DNA of 64,000 bases from assembly GCF_009914755.1 (NCBI RefSeq), contig NC_060929.1, one strand, 5' to 3'. The position numbers and the translations under genes were made by a program. The notes under the pieces are model-generated. The model was not told where the DNA came from and ran no database searches. It was given only the letters and a program-made list of their open reading frames with translations. How positions within the stretch are numbered: the first letter of the stretch is position 1; each line of letters opens with the position of its first letter. Source of the stretch: the human T2T-CHM13v2.0 reference genome, Homo sapiens. Of the stretch, positions 28,596 through 42,320 are shown piece after piece.

Positions 28596-30534
28596 CCCAG
28601 GACTCAGTTTACCTTAACTCCTTCTCTCCTTTCTAGAATAAGACAATATGAAGAGTAGATAGTGATTCAGCATTAAGCAAAGACTCTTCCATCTCAAAGA
28701 TTTTCGGATCAAAGCGCCTCTCTTGGAGAGGCTAGGAACAGATGGAATAGATATGAGGAGGAAGCATGGCTCAATTTCTCAGTACAAATGGGAAGCCCAT
28801 TGCTAGTAGTTTTTTGCTTGTGAACTCCCCAAGAAACAGAACACTGTAATAAGTGAACAGAGTTGTACTCAATGAATTATGAGCTTTTCTAGATCACCCT
28901 TTAGCCGCCCATCTCTGGGATAAAAGTTTCTGCACTCTACTCAGCATTCAGCACATGCCATAGCTTAAATTCTATCCCAAAAGAAGTAGGTTTAAAAACA
29001 TGAAATTAAATGTTGGTGTCTGTGCACACAGTGAAACAAATTTCTCTCTTGCTCTACTGCTTTACAAAGCTCATCTGGGATTATAGATCAAACTGAATTC
29101 AAACCTCACTCTCAGATTTGGCCTTCAGCCTGAAAGGACAAGGTGAGAACTTGGCCCATTAAACATTATGGAGTAAGTCAAGTAGTGAAAGGTTGTGCAG
29201 AGCTCCAAGCATCTCCAGAATGTTTTCAGCTTTTTACGTCGGAGACCTTTGAGGTTTGATTCCACATCAGGGCTCTGAGCTGTGTGAGTTCACACTGTCA
29301 CATTAGGAAAATGCCAGGAGAACACCCGTCTGTGCAGACAAAACCTTACTGTTTCCCATTAGGGCTCAGTGGCGCCTGTTCTCACATTACTATGGTTAAC
29401 CTTGGGTTAAACAGCATTTGGATAATAATGGCATAAACTTTTCACAGTTCACTTAAAACTTTATAAGGGTTGGTTCTTTGTAGAGGAGAGTGCATTAATA
29501 TATAAAACAAGCATGTTTTTTAGTTTAACTATTTGGCTTTGTGTGCTTTCAGGGTCACTATTCCAGCAAAATGTAGGCAATTTCAATGTTTTTTTTAATA
29601 AAGTGAGAGAATGCAAACCTTTACAGTTCACTTGAATAAAGCTGTATGACCTACATACCGTGCATTTAAAACAATTATGATGCTGTTGCCAGACAGTATG
29701 GGGTATATTACTGGAGCTACCGTCATTAGGCATGCCTCAGCATAACTCTTAAAGAATCCAGATGGTGGTTTTCAACTTTATCTCCATGGTGTACCCTAGG
29801 AAGTATGTGTTACAATCACAGTCTCCTTACTTCAAAGTTCTGTAAGCAGAGCCAACAGACGAAGGGGCTTCCTGCTGTTATTGGTGGGCTGTAACTGCAC
29901 TAGCCATTACGCTCAACAGAACTTATATGCAATACAGTGCCCCTGATCCACAACAGCAAAGATGTGGCCAAAGGGCAAAAACTGGTACATAGAGGAATTT
30001 CTCAGAACAAGGCCAACTGTTTTTAAAATTACATTTTTTTCTTTCAAATTCATCATTTCAACAGAAATGGAGAGGGGAGAAAATGAATATATCAATTGAT
30101 TTTTTTATAAAAATGATTTCTAATAAGGTCTTATTATAATAAACAAATACTCAGGTAGGATAAGAATAAGATAAATCAAACCAACTGAGGGTCAAACTCT
30201 GGTTATCTTTAGGTATATAGGTAAACTAGAAATACTGCCTGTGAATCTAAAAAAGGATTTTCATAATTTAAGCATAATTTTCCTCAGTGTAATCACAAAG
30301 GCAAAATGATTTCAGCTTGCTGAAAATTGTGGAGGAGGCTGTTATTGTGCTGTAGTGTTTTACTATAATTGTTTATATACTTAACTTTGCATTAAGACTC
30401 TCTATGTGTTCCAGCATTGTACAGTTTTAAGTTTCAATATTGGTTTCACTATTTAATTTGGATTCACTGATCAGATAATTCTGTCAACTAAATCTATAGA
30501 ATACTTCATTAGATTTTTAAACATATGACATTAT

Positions 30535-30830
30535 TAAATTGGTATTATCTGTCAAAATTTAAAATACACACAACCTTTGATCCCAAAATTCACTTTTAAT
30601 AATTCATCTTATAAATGTTTTTTCAGTTATACACAGATATGTTCAAGCTAACTGAAACATTTTTATTAGCAAAAAAAAAACCTAAGAATAAGTTTCCATC
30701 AATAGGAAATTAGTAAATTTACTAGAAATGCTACAAATGATTTAGATCTTTCTGTACTAATATGGCAAGATCATCCAGATATGTTCAATGTTTAAAAAAT
30801 AAGATATACAATATTGTGTGTAGGATAAAC
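30535..30830 (+). mobile_element. L1ME-type fragment
   Basis: 'caaaatttaaaatacacacaacctttgatccc...ccatcaataggaaattag...aatatggcaagat'. Confidence 0.55.
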
Positions 30831-30955
30831 TTACTAATATTTCCTAAATGTTTCATCTGTTAAAAGATTCCATTCATTTTGGGTTATGAGTTGCTTTTAT
30901 AAATAATTTTGTACCTATGTTTCCAATGATTTAAAGAGGAGTGAGAGAATATACG

Positions 30956-31331
30956 TGATATGGTTTGGCTGTGTCCCCACCCAAATCTTATTATGAATTG
31001 TAGTTCCCATAATCCCCATGTGTTATGGCCAGGATCGGGGGAGATAGCTGAATCATGAGGGTGGTTTCCCCATCCTGTTCTGGTGATAGTAAGTTAGTTT
31101 TCACAAGATTTGATGGCTTTATAAGGGTCTTCCCCCTTAGCTGGGCTCTCATTCTTCTCCTTTCTGCCACCATATGAAAAAGGACAGCCTTGCTTCCCCT
31201 TCTGCCATAATGGTAAGTTTCCTGAGGCCTCCCTAGTCCTGCTGAACTGTGAGTCAATTAAACCTCTTTCCTTTATAAATTACGCAGTCTCTGGTATGTC
31301 TTTGTTAGCAGCATGAGAGCAGACTAATAGA
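30956..31331 (+). mobile_element. THE1D-like MaLR solo LTR
   Basis: Starts tgatatggtttggctgtgtccccacccaaatc, contains tgagtcaattaaacctctttcc, ends gactaataga. Confidence 0.92.
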
Positions 31332-31814
31332 ACATGTTGTCAAGTCTCCCATTTTAGCTGAATTCAGTTCATCTTAATTGTGTTTCATAACACTATTTCT
31401 TAAAATAATTTTAGTTTTGTCCCATCTAAAGCATATAAAAATGACGGTTTTTGTTTGTTTGTTTGTTTTTGGTATATTATGTGATCGGATTCTATTTGCT
31501 ATGCAGGAATTACATCATGACTCAAAATTAAGGCATGAAGAGTTGTCAGCACTCTGACCTAATAGGTCATTGACTACTATTTTTATCAGATCTCTCACTA
31601 AGTATATTCTTCATAAAAATGTTAATTTATTAATTTTTTTAACATGGTGGGGTGATATATTCCTGATTGGGATAAACAGAAGGCACAAGTATGAATAAGA
31701 TGTTAGCACATACCAAAATTTTTCATTAATAGAAATAATTTTAAAAATATTACAGAAGGGGGAAAATATGACAGTTATAAATAATTTCTTTAAAAAATTT
31801 TAAATATAATTAAC

Positions 31815-32062
31815 ATACTGATTTTCAGACCAGTTTTAGGATTACAGAAATGTAAGTGGAAAATATAGCATTTCTATATTCTTACATTCTCTCCTCCCAC
31901 CATCCCACTTTCCCCTATTTTAACATTTACATTAGTGTAGTACATGTGTTAACAATAGATGAGCCTATATTGATACATTATTGTTAGCCAAAACCATTAG
32001 TTTACATATTTCACTATTTGTGTTGTACGTTCTACAGGTTTTGGCAAACGTCTAATGACACA
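31815..32062 (-). mobile_element. L1MC/MD-type 3' end fragment
   Basis: 'cagttttaggattacagaaa...acattagtgtagtacat...gagcctatattgatacattatt'. Confidence 0.7.
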
Positions 32063-32686
32063 GAGCCACCATTGCCAATTTCACCACTGTCTTTCACCAA
32101 GTTGATTCATTTTGAACTGGCTCCAGCAATCTACTCAGAGTTGACCTCAGAGCAAAAAATTGAAGTGGGTAATACATTAAATCTTTTCTCTCCTCACTCT
32201 CTACCTGAAGTACCCAGTGCCCTCTCATGGCCACAGGCTCTGCAGTCATAGATAGCATTTTTTCAGGAACAGAAAGAAAATTGTGATTCTTAGCATCCCT
32301 CTATGTCTCTCTTCTCAGGAAAGGTTGCATTAGAAACTGTTGTCTCGTGAGCTGGCCATTGAAGCCCGAGGCATGGACTGTTTACAGCATTGTTACAGGT
32401 ATCTGAATTAGAAGATGGCTTGGCCCTTAGATTTGGATTTGCAAAGTATAGCTCTTTAGCAGTGAACATGCTCTGTTAACTGTCCTGTTAAGATGGTTAT
32501 TTTCTTTTAATAGGCTTTAAAAACAACTAGAATCCTATTTCTTTCAATAGAGATTTATCAGTACCCTAGATGAATTCCTACTCACCAATTTTTCTCTATA
32601 GATTTGGTCCATTGTAGGACCTTGGAAGGTTTGTGTTTTTTTTTAACTATTTACTGTTCAGTTATCTTTGAAGTTTGTGTTAAAAA

Positions 32687-33437
32687 TACACGGTTGGTGG
32701 GAATGTAAATTAGTACAACCGCTATGGAAAACAATATGGTGATTTCTCAAAAAACTAAAAATAAAATTACCATATGGACCATCAATTCCACTACAGGGTA
32801 TTTATCTAAAGGAAAAGAAATCAGTATATCAAAAAGGTATGTTCAGCTCCATGTTTATCATAGCACTATTCACTATCGCAAAGATATGGAATCAACTTAA
32901 GTGTCCACCAATGGACAAAAGAATAAAGAGAATGTGATACAAATACACAATGGAATACTATTAAACCTTAAAAAATAATAAAATCCTGTCATTAGCAGCA
33001 GCATGACTGAAACTGTCATTATGTTAAGTGAAATAATCCAGGCACAGAAAGGCAAATATTGCATGTTGTTACTCATATGTGGGAGCTAAAAACGTGGACT
33101 TCATAAAGGTAGAGAGTAGAATCATAGGTATACCAAAGGCTGGGAAGGCTACAGGGAGGACAGTGATGAAGACAGATTGGTTAATGGGTACAAACACACA
33201 GATAGATAGAAAGAATAATTTCTAATGTTTGATAGCTGAGTCGGATGACTATAGTTAACAGTAATATATATTTCAAAATAGCTAGGAGAGAGGACTTGAA
33301 ATGGTTGCAACACGTAGAAATGATAAATACTCAAGGTGACGAACAACCTAAATACCCTGACTTGATCATTACCCATTTTATGCATGTGAGAAAATATCAC
33401 ATGTACCCCACAAATAAGTATTATGTATCAATAAAAA
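32687..33437 (+). mobile_element. L1MA-type LINE-1 3' end
   Basis: 'ggtgggaatgtaaattagtacaacc...aaatagctaggagagagg...aaataccctgacttgatcattac...tatgtatcaataaaa'. Confidence 0.9.
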
Positions 33438-36400
33438 GGATATATTATAAACTCAGATCACCTGGCATAGGATCTACCAAATATGTACAAGTTTAGCAAA
33501 TACAAATTTGTCATGGGCAAAAAAAAAGAGAATGAAACAAATCACTTATTTGCCTAGAATGAGTAAAAGTAACCCAACAATATTATTGGAAAAATCTCAT
33601 TCCTAAAAGTGAATCAGGTTTGGCATTTTTAATACAAAAACACAACAAAATTAAAATTTAACTAAGACCTGAGTTCCACTCCAGGCACCAAATTAAAGCA
33701 AAATATGGCACAGAGTAGTCTATAGACTTCAGCCTTTAATAAAAATAAAATCTTGACCCAGGTGATATAATTTAAATTAAATGGCTTTTTATAATTTAAT
33801 TATACAACTTATATAAGGTTGCACATCCTTGAGATGTCAAAATGTGCCACCTTTTCCGCTAAAATTTCAGTGAGACATTAAGAATTGTGTTAAAAAAAAA
33901 AAAAAAAAGCCTGCCTTCTAGAGTAAGCTGTACATTTTTTGAAGGGTGCTGTTTAAGAAAAATGTCTAATTTTTTTCATCTGGTTAATCAAACAGTGGGA
34001 AGTGTTGTCATGGATAATTGGGCTACTGAGTTTATCATTATAATTTGACATTTACATAGGTCTTTATACTTTCAAAATGTTATGCAACCATTTTTCTTGA
34101 TTCCATCAATATTACCTTGAGAGGTAAATTAATTCTTCAATTTACATTTTACAAATGAGCACAAAGAAGGAAGGTGGGATGAAACAAGTCAGATGCAAAA
34201 CTAAGATAAGAGCTTCTTGTCCTGGCAGGCCTAAGCCACTATTTTTTATCCCTTGAGGAAGCCTAAGCCTTTCTGTTTGAAATTTTTCAAAGAGAATTAA
34301 GCTGTCAAACACACGTTAACAACCAAGGCCTCTCATTTTCTAGCCCAGGTGGTCCAATTACAGATTTAGCCTAAAGTAGAATCAGATATAAAATAATATG
34401 GCAAGTCATGGTTGCTACAGTCTTAACTATCTTTTATTTTAAAACAGACTTCAAAGATTAAAAATAACATGTCTTTACTCATGGGTAAATTTTTCTTTCC
34501 AACTCTTCCTCCTCAGTCTTTTTCTGCTTTCTCTAGAACAATATTACCACTCTGCAGGGTCTATTTGCAACAATCCAGGAAGTTCTCTGGGTCTGCCCCA
34601 ATGTTACAGAGAAGAAATGATGACCATAAAAATAGCACATAAACATGGGAATTAATAGGGTCAGTATTTGACATATGATTGAAAAACTTAATCAGAGGAC
34701 AGAATTCACACATTTCAGCCTAAGTGTCTTTATGTATATGTCATCTTCTTCCTTTGATTGCTTGGCTTCAAACCACCCCATCACCATCACCCTCTGCTCA
34801 TGATGAATGCCTACAGACAGAGCTAACACATGAGGTGGCAGTGTTCTCCCCGTTGATAATAGGGGCTGAAAGAAGCCAGTTCAACTCAGGATGTAAGGAT
34901 GCCACTCAAAGTACTAAATGTTCATTTATACAGTCCATCTGAATGATGGATTTTCAGCATTGAAGGGATCCTAAAAGAATTCAGATATTTAAAATGGAAT
35001 ATTGAATTTTTTGGAGCTTCAGTAGGGCTAATGTAACTTTTTTTAAAGGATAAGATGTATTGCAAAACATCTAGACTCAAATGATCTGGATCAAATCACA
35101 ACTCCACAAAATTAAATTGGGTTAATTTATAATTAGGCTTTATGGCAATAACACGCTAGCTGGATAACTTGAAAATAAATAAAAAGAGCAAACTCAATCC
35201 TTCTGTAAATACTGTTACTCTTGGTAAATGGCATTTTATGTTAAGAGCTCAGAGTGTTAACAGTGGTGTCAAGAATAGGTCAAATTATTAAAGAAAAGTT
35301 AATTTCTCATTCTTGGAGAGGCGTACCTTCCTCCAAGTGCAGAATTAGAAACTTCATCAATCTAAAATAAACGGACTTACAAATATTGTTTATGTGCTTG
35401 GAATGGCACCAAAGTAGTTAAGTAAAATGTAATTTGAAATTTGGCAGTACATATATAAGTAAGTATGTGGATGAGTGTATATGTGTGCACTCTCAGAGTT
35501 AGCTCTTTTAAAATTAATTTTATTGTTGAAGTTGTATATTGATCCTCAAGTTGGAAGACAAATAAATACACAAACAAAAAGATGTAATAGGGCATAAAAT
35601 TTGAAATTAACACTTTTGTATTTATTGAGTTTATTCTCAATGTCTCTGGAAAAAAATAATTATGAGTGTTATATTGACACTGTAGGTATTCTATATATAT
35701 TTGTGAAATAAATTATACATGTATATATCAAATGTGCTTATATATTTAAATGGAATTTATTAAATTTCATCTTCAATGAATATATTTTTTATAATTAATT
35801 ATGAAACATTGTTCTAAACAGCAAAGTCCCAGATGCCAAACCTACATTGTTATTCATTCTGCATCCGTCTACTAATTCACACCTGGCATTCTAGTTTCAA
35901 AATCTTCTCTTACCATTTTTGTTGAGAATTATAAAAACAATTTTAAAAGGATAATATTCATTCTGATATATAACTTCTGTAATTTTATTATTTCTATCTT
36001 AAGGATCACATGGATTTTGTTTTACAATTGAACTCCCCCTTCCTATTAAAATAAAGAAACAAAAACAACGCTTTTCAGCACTCTTAGCACACTTTCTTGC
36101 TCACTAAATTGACTAATTAGAAAGTGTTGTATCCCATCTATTCCTAAAATTTTGACATTAATAAATTATCCATAACTTGTGTTTTGAATGGCAAAGTTGT
36201 ATTCAAAAGTAGAAAGACAGTCAGTATGCCAAGTCAGGTAATGAAGGTTGTATTTTATGGAGGCAGGACTCTGATTTTTACTAGCCTTTTCTAAGTACAT
36301 TAACATTGTAAGCTGTATTTTTTAAAACATCTGTAAATTATAAAAGTGTTGCTATAAGAGTGTGTGTCTATAGTTGTATGCCTAAAAGGCTGGAGAACAT

Positions 36401-37072
36401 ACTGGTGAATACCATCTCTGTAGAAAGGCCAAAAGGATGCCCTTGAAATTCATTTTAACTCCTTCAAAATGACCTGAACCACAAGTCAGGAATGAAAATC
36501 AATGCCTATTTACTTTCTATGCACCAAGTATTATGAAATTACAAAAGCAATATAAAATGGCTGCCAGTTTGTCATTTTCTTTTTTAAAAAATCTTATCAC
36601 TGTTTGAAACTACTTACATAATATATCAAAGAAACAAAATAAGAGTAATTATACAAACATTTAAAATTAAGTGTTCCTAAAGGTGAATATTGATGCACAG
36701 AAATTGGCATGTTTACAAATGAATTCTACCACAAATTCTACCAGCTCTCTTTAGTGTTTTCCCTCACACCATACCCCAATACGATGATTCTAGTTCCAGA
36801 TCCCAGCTACCTTATAAATCATGTCTGAACATAAGAAAAGGATGAAATCTCCTATACTCCTTTAATTTCTCCCCAAGTAGACCTTATTATATCCGGCCCT
36901 TCTTTAAGCTCAAAATAACATTGCTGATACAACTAATGATGTTGCATTGTTCATCTCAAAAGATTCTCTTTGCCTCAGTGTCTTTAATGATATAATAAAA
37001 ATAACATTTAAGACATAAAAGCCCATAATCATAGAAAGAATCATAAATAACCTTAGAGATTACTAAGTCTAG

Positions 37073-37320
37073 AGTGGCAGTTCTCAATCAATTTTTTTTC
37101 ATTATCACCTTCCAAGGAGAATTTTCAAGCGTTGTTATCCTAGTCAACCCTTCCCTCATGAAATTTAAATATCACAACTACACTCTATATCTGTTTATCT
37201 ACTCTCTATATATCTAATCTATGTGCTTTATACATTAAATGTGTAGGGGCTTTTTTGGTTCCCCTCAGAAAAAATTTATGCCACATTGGGATAATATCAT
37301 CTTTGTGGTGAATGTGTTTT
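37073..37320. mobile_element. Probable hAT-type MER remnant
   Basis: 'gcagttctcaatc' end and internal similarity to MER96B-like elements; weak. Confidence 0.35.
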
Positions 37321-39019
37321 TCAGTTAAGGAAACATGGCTGAAATAGAGCTAGTAAAATAATAAGATACATCTATCACAATGGTATTAGTCAATTACAGT
37401 GGGGCAAGAGTTGTCCCAACTACCTTTGACAATCACCAGTGAGATATTGAATATTTTATTGCTAGAAGTGAATCTGAGGAAGCAATGATACCACTATTAA
37501 GTATAATTTTTTCCTCCTGGTCTTTTTTTTGTTATTTCTCTTCTGTTGATTATGTGGATACCACTCCATTTTTATACTAATAATTCTAAAAGTACATGTT
37601 ACTTCTTTCTCAAATCATTTATGACTTCTACTTTTTCCATTCAACTTTTCTGTTTATCGCACTATTTCACAGCATCTTCTACCAATAACAAAGCAGCTTA
37701 AGGATACAGTGTGTAAGAATATATGCACACATGCATAACACATATATAATACATATGTAAACACATGCAAACCTATTATTCAAAAGTGGAGAAAAGGCTA
37801 AATATTGTAGCACACATTCTTCACTGCTAATGACCAGAGGCCAACATGTGATATGACAGATCGTAGAGGTTGTTCATGATGACATTTAAACATTCCAGTT
37901 TTTCATCTGATCATGACAAATTTCTGACTAATGTAGTTCCTTTTAGTGAAGCTTAAGTCATAGTGTGGAACCAAACCATTTAATATAACAATATTTGACA
38001 ACGTAATAGTGAGAGGTTCAGAAGCACAATCAATAAAAATAGATCCTAGGCCACAGCAAAAGGCAATCAAATACTGTCAAAAGAAGGTAGCTGACTCAGC
38101 TCCTAATTAATCAAATGAATCACTTAAACCCCATGGAAATAATGGCAAAAAAGAATCTCAGAAATTCTGCACTAGCTGAAGTATTTTTTTTCTTTTTTTT
38201 TTTGATGTCTGTTGGTCTTTTTTGTTCCCAAAAAGGACAATCCTGGCAGGACTTAAATTTCATGATTAGGTTTGTATCACAGAGGTTTTTTTGTAGTTTT
38301 ATGAAAGGAATGTGGAGACAGAATCTGGGTCCTTGCCCTAGCTTTGATCATTACTGGTTCTCTTTTTCTTGGAAAGTTCCTGAACCTCTCTGATTCACTC
38401 TTGCATTATGCATAGGTTATTGTGAGGTCAAATAAGATAATGAATATGAGTTATAAAAGCTGCTAGGTTTCATAGGAAGTCCTATTTTATCATCATTGCT
38501 ATCTTCCTAGGAAGGTAGGAAGTGACTACCTTCCTATTATTTCCTATTTCAAATACATATCAAGCAAGATTTTGTTTTGCATTTAGTTTCAATGGGACAG
38601 TAGTAAACTATAAACAAAATATCATTCCAGGAACATTACCTTAATGTCTTGATGACATTGATGTCCAAAAGTTACCGACAGTGAACAGTGAGTTCCATGA
38701 AAAGAATTCTGAGTGTTGATCACATTCATGTTCACTAACATAGTTGTCAGGCTTTCCCCCATATATCCCAGGCTTCACTTTCTCAGTTTTTCTTCTACTG
38801 AATAATCATTATGTGTGTCACATGGTTCTAAACACTGAACCAGGTGGTAGTAATGAAGAACTGACCATCAGGGACTCAAGTTGGAGAAAATACTGCAGAT
38901 AGTGGAATAGAGGCTCAAGTGTAATTCCTACTCCCGTCCCTTTAAAAAAAAAATGAGAGAGAGAGAGAGAGAAAAACTGTCCCTTACATTATTTTGGCCA
39001 GAACTAGTGATCACAACAC

Positions 39020-39230
39020 CCCTTTTAAATTTCCTTAGTGCTCAGATCACATTCTACCTTATGTTATAGCTCTTTGTGGGTGCATTATACGTCTATTATC
39101 ACTCTCCCCAATAGATTGGAAGCTCCTAAAGATTAGTGATTACATGTTAGTCATTTTCCTATCCTGAAAATAACAGGAAGTATTGTAGCATATAATACAC
39201 ACTGACAAATGTTTGCTAAGTTAAAATGAA
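39020..39230 (+). mobile_element. L2 3' end
   Basis: 'tagattggaagctcctaaag...aaatgtttgctaagttaaaatgaa'. Confidence 0.6.
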
Positions 39231-40694
39231 CAGAGAGGACACAATTTGAGCTTAAAATTTGCACTTTTTAAAACGTTATAATTTGCGATCATGACATTCT
39301 TTCTATATTATAGTGTATATTTAAAATTCCCTTATGTACTAGTTTAAAATATAATCTGAATATGAGAGGGAGAGGAAGAGGGAGAGAGGGAAAGAGAGAA
39401 GATAGAGGACTCTGAAATATGGTTCTAATGAAAAAGGGAAGAAAACAGTAAATTATTAGAAAGCCCCATTAGAATTTATCATGGTAAATTCTACTCCTAA
39501 CCTTTACCTCAGCCTCTCATTTGTAACACTATTGATCTTCTGAGCAGTTTGTTTTAAAGCATGTTTCTGAAGGTTAAATTGGACTGAACAAGTGAATTTC
39601 TGCCTTTTAAGATGACAAACTACATACCTGCTCCTTGAGGAGAGAGTTAAGAGAGAGCTAATACAAATTTCAACACAATTATTATCTGACTTGCCTTTTA
39701 GCTGACCAAGACTCTGCCTCATCCAAATTAGGTTCAATGTTAGTCTTGCTTTTGATTGTGAAATTATTTCCTATTTTCTTAATTGTTCCAATTTATTAAT
39801 TGCTAGTCAGCAAAAGACTTCCATGTAACCAAATGTGTGTGTTTCACGTGGAGGAGCTAGAGGTGAGACAGGCTTGAGCCTCTGATAGCAGTGCTCTTCA
39901 CTAGTCTTTTCTAGTCATGAGCTCCAAATCAATAGACTGAAGAGCTGTTTCTAGTGACCCAGATCAGAAGTGAAAGTTGGAGCTTCTTTTGGCTGAGAGT
40001 GCCCGACAGTAATTCATGCATTGTAAACACAGTCTGTCGAGTTGTCCCATGCCTCAGCAGTTTACAGGGAGTACAGATTATTAAAATAGAGTTGGGGCTC
40101 GGTTTTTGCTTATGCTTCTGTCATGGTCTGTTGCTATTGATTTTTTAGGAGGCACAGACTCTGTGTCTGTCCACCCAAGGGATACTTTTGGTGCATGGTT
40201 GAGCTCTATGAAAAAATGATCTTATTTGTTTATGCCAGTTTTTCTCTAAAGTATGTTTTATATTTTTGCTTGATGTCCAATAAATTTGTTGTTATGCACT
40301 CATTTTTACATGTATTAAAAATATATAACCAGCACATCAGAACCACAGTTTGTTATATCTCATTTCTCAAAATAAGGCAAATAATATTTAGAAATATAAG
40401 AGTTGTGCCAGTGATGTAAGTATTATAAATTCGGGAAAACACTGCTTTATACCCAAACTTGATGCCTTACAAACAGGAAGTAGGTAAGCCACCTAGATTG
40501 AGTAGTTATTTCATTTGGTCCTGTCATTCCACTTTCTGATATAACAAGGCAAAGTATTATAGGTAAGTATGATCAAGATAAATATGTATAAAATCTTCAA
40601 AATGAAAATTTTTAGAATATTAATCAGCTCAAGTGACCTGTGGATTTAGATTCAGCAAAAGTCAAATCATTTCCCCTAAAGCATAACTGCATGC

Positions 40695-40697
<3 letters not shown>

Positions 40698-40728
<31 letters not shown>
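40698..40728 (+). repeat. Poly(A)31 tract
   Basis: Uninterrupted A run with no adjoining Alu or L1 body. Confidence 0.95.
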
Positions 40729-40732
<4 letters not shown>

Positions 40733-40959
40733 ACAACATAATTAACCTATATACAGTTTTAAGTTTTGTTCCTAGGCATCAGCAGCATAAAGAGGCACAA
40801 ATAATCTTACTCTGGTTTATCAAAAATGGAAACAAATTTCCAGGAGGTATTTTTCTGAATCCGACTCAAATGAGTGGATATGTTGCTGAACAAGTAGCTA
40901 TATTTTAATTTAATTCCTGACACCGATTTCCAAAGAAAAGAGGGCAAGAGCTCATTGCC

Positions 40960-41535
40960 CTACTTTGGGTCTCTTCCCATGGCTTTCCACTGCCCTGAGA
41001 ATAAAGCTGACTGCCACACCATAGAATAGAAAGCTCATCATGATCTAACTCCTACCTAATGTGTCAGGTTCATTCTTCCCATCTTCTTTATTTGCTAGGA
41101 TTCACACACCTGAAGTTTTTGTGATTCTGGACTAAATTCCTTCTTTTTGTAGAAACTTTTTGCATATTCTGTTTGTCAGTAACACTCTTTCCCAATCTCT
41201 TTACATATCTATTACCTTCTCACTTTAAGGTATCTGCCTAAATCCATCTTCTCAAAGAGCCTTCTCTAACCATGCTGTTTTTAAGCAGATAGCTTCACTC
41301 TGTCTCATACTTTCTCTCTGCTTTTCATTTATTTCTTTCACAAGAAATAGTAATTGACTATTAATTTCTTTTGTTATGTGTGTGTATACGTGTGTTTCAG
41401 TCTCTTTTTTCCTTGAATAGAAAGTTGATTAGGACAAGGACTACTATCTTATTCACCAATTTTTCCCTTAGCATCCTGCATAGAGCCTGCACACAGTTTA
41501 AGTCTTATTAAATATTTTTGAACAGCTTAATGAAA
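40960..41535 (+). mobile_element. L2 LINE 3' fragment
   Basis: 'atggctttccactgccctgagaataaag...ttctcaaagagccttctctaacc...gcctgcacacag...taaatatttttgaa'. Confidence 0.65.
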
Positions 41536-42199
41536 GTATATCTTACTGGTGATTTCATTTTAATTATTTTGAAGACTCAAATCATCCTAGGTTTTTTGAA
41601 TAAATTCCATTTTCATCACAGTATTAAAAACATAAAATAGGACAAATTAGACTTTATCTTTTTAAAATTGTTCCTACAAAACTAAACTCAAGGCATGATT
41701 TTCAGCTCTCGGGTTCTGCAACCTCAGCTTTGCATTGGGAAGGTATGATGAATCTCTCTCTTAAACACAAAGTCATACCAATTTAAAACCCTAAACTCAG
41801 GGGTGTCAGGAGCCATCCTGCTCTTTATAGTCTTAACAGTACAGTTTTTCTTTCTGCAATGTGTTTTTTGATAAATTATCCAACTAGTAACTAACCAGTC
41901 CTTTCATCAGTTTTCTTTGTTGAAATCTATTTTTCTCTTTGACATTTAAGTTTTTCTATCTTCCTCGTGTCATTTTTCCATCTATCATTTTCTCTTTCAT
42001 TTTCCTCAAGAAGTGAGTCAGTTGGAGAGTATTTTTTACCCTTGTCTTCTATCAGATGTGAAGGAAAACCTGTTTATTGACTTATTTGTTTCATTTCCAA
42101 TTATGTGTTTTCAATTACAAAGCGTAACTTTTAAATGAAAATATTTTCTTTCTTCACAAAGCCATATCATTCCAACTATCTTCTTTTTATAAACTAATT

Positions 42200-42320
42200 G
42201 GTTAATCAATTCAACAAGAATTTTTTCAACACCTACAACATGATTGATATTGTCTAGGCTCTGGGGAACAGCAGGAAATAAAATATTAAGTCCCTGCTTG
42301 AATAGACTTCCAGTGGGGCA
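42200..42320 (-). mobile_element. L2 3' end
   Basis: 'tcaattcaacaagaatttt...cacctac...ctaggctctggggaacagcag...gtccctgc'. Confidence 0.55.
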
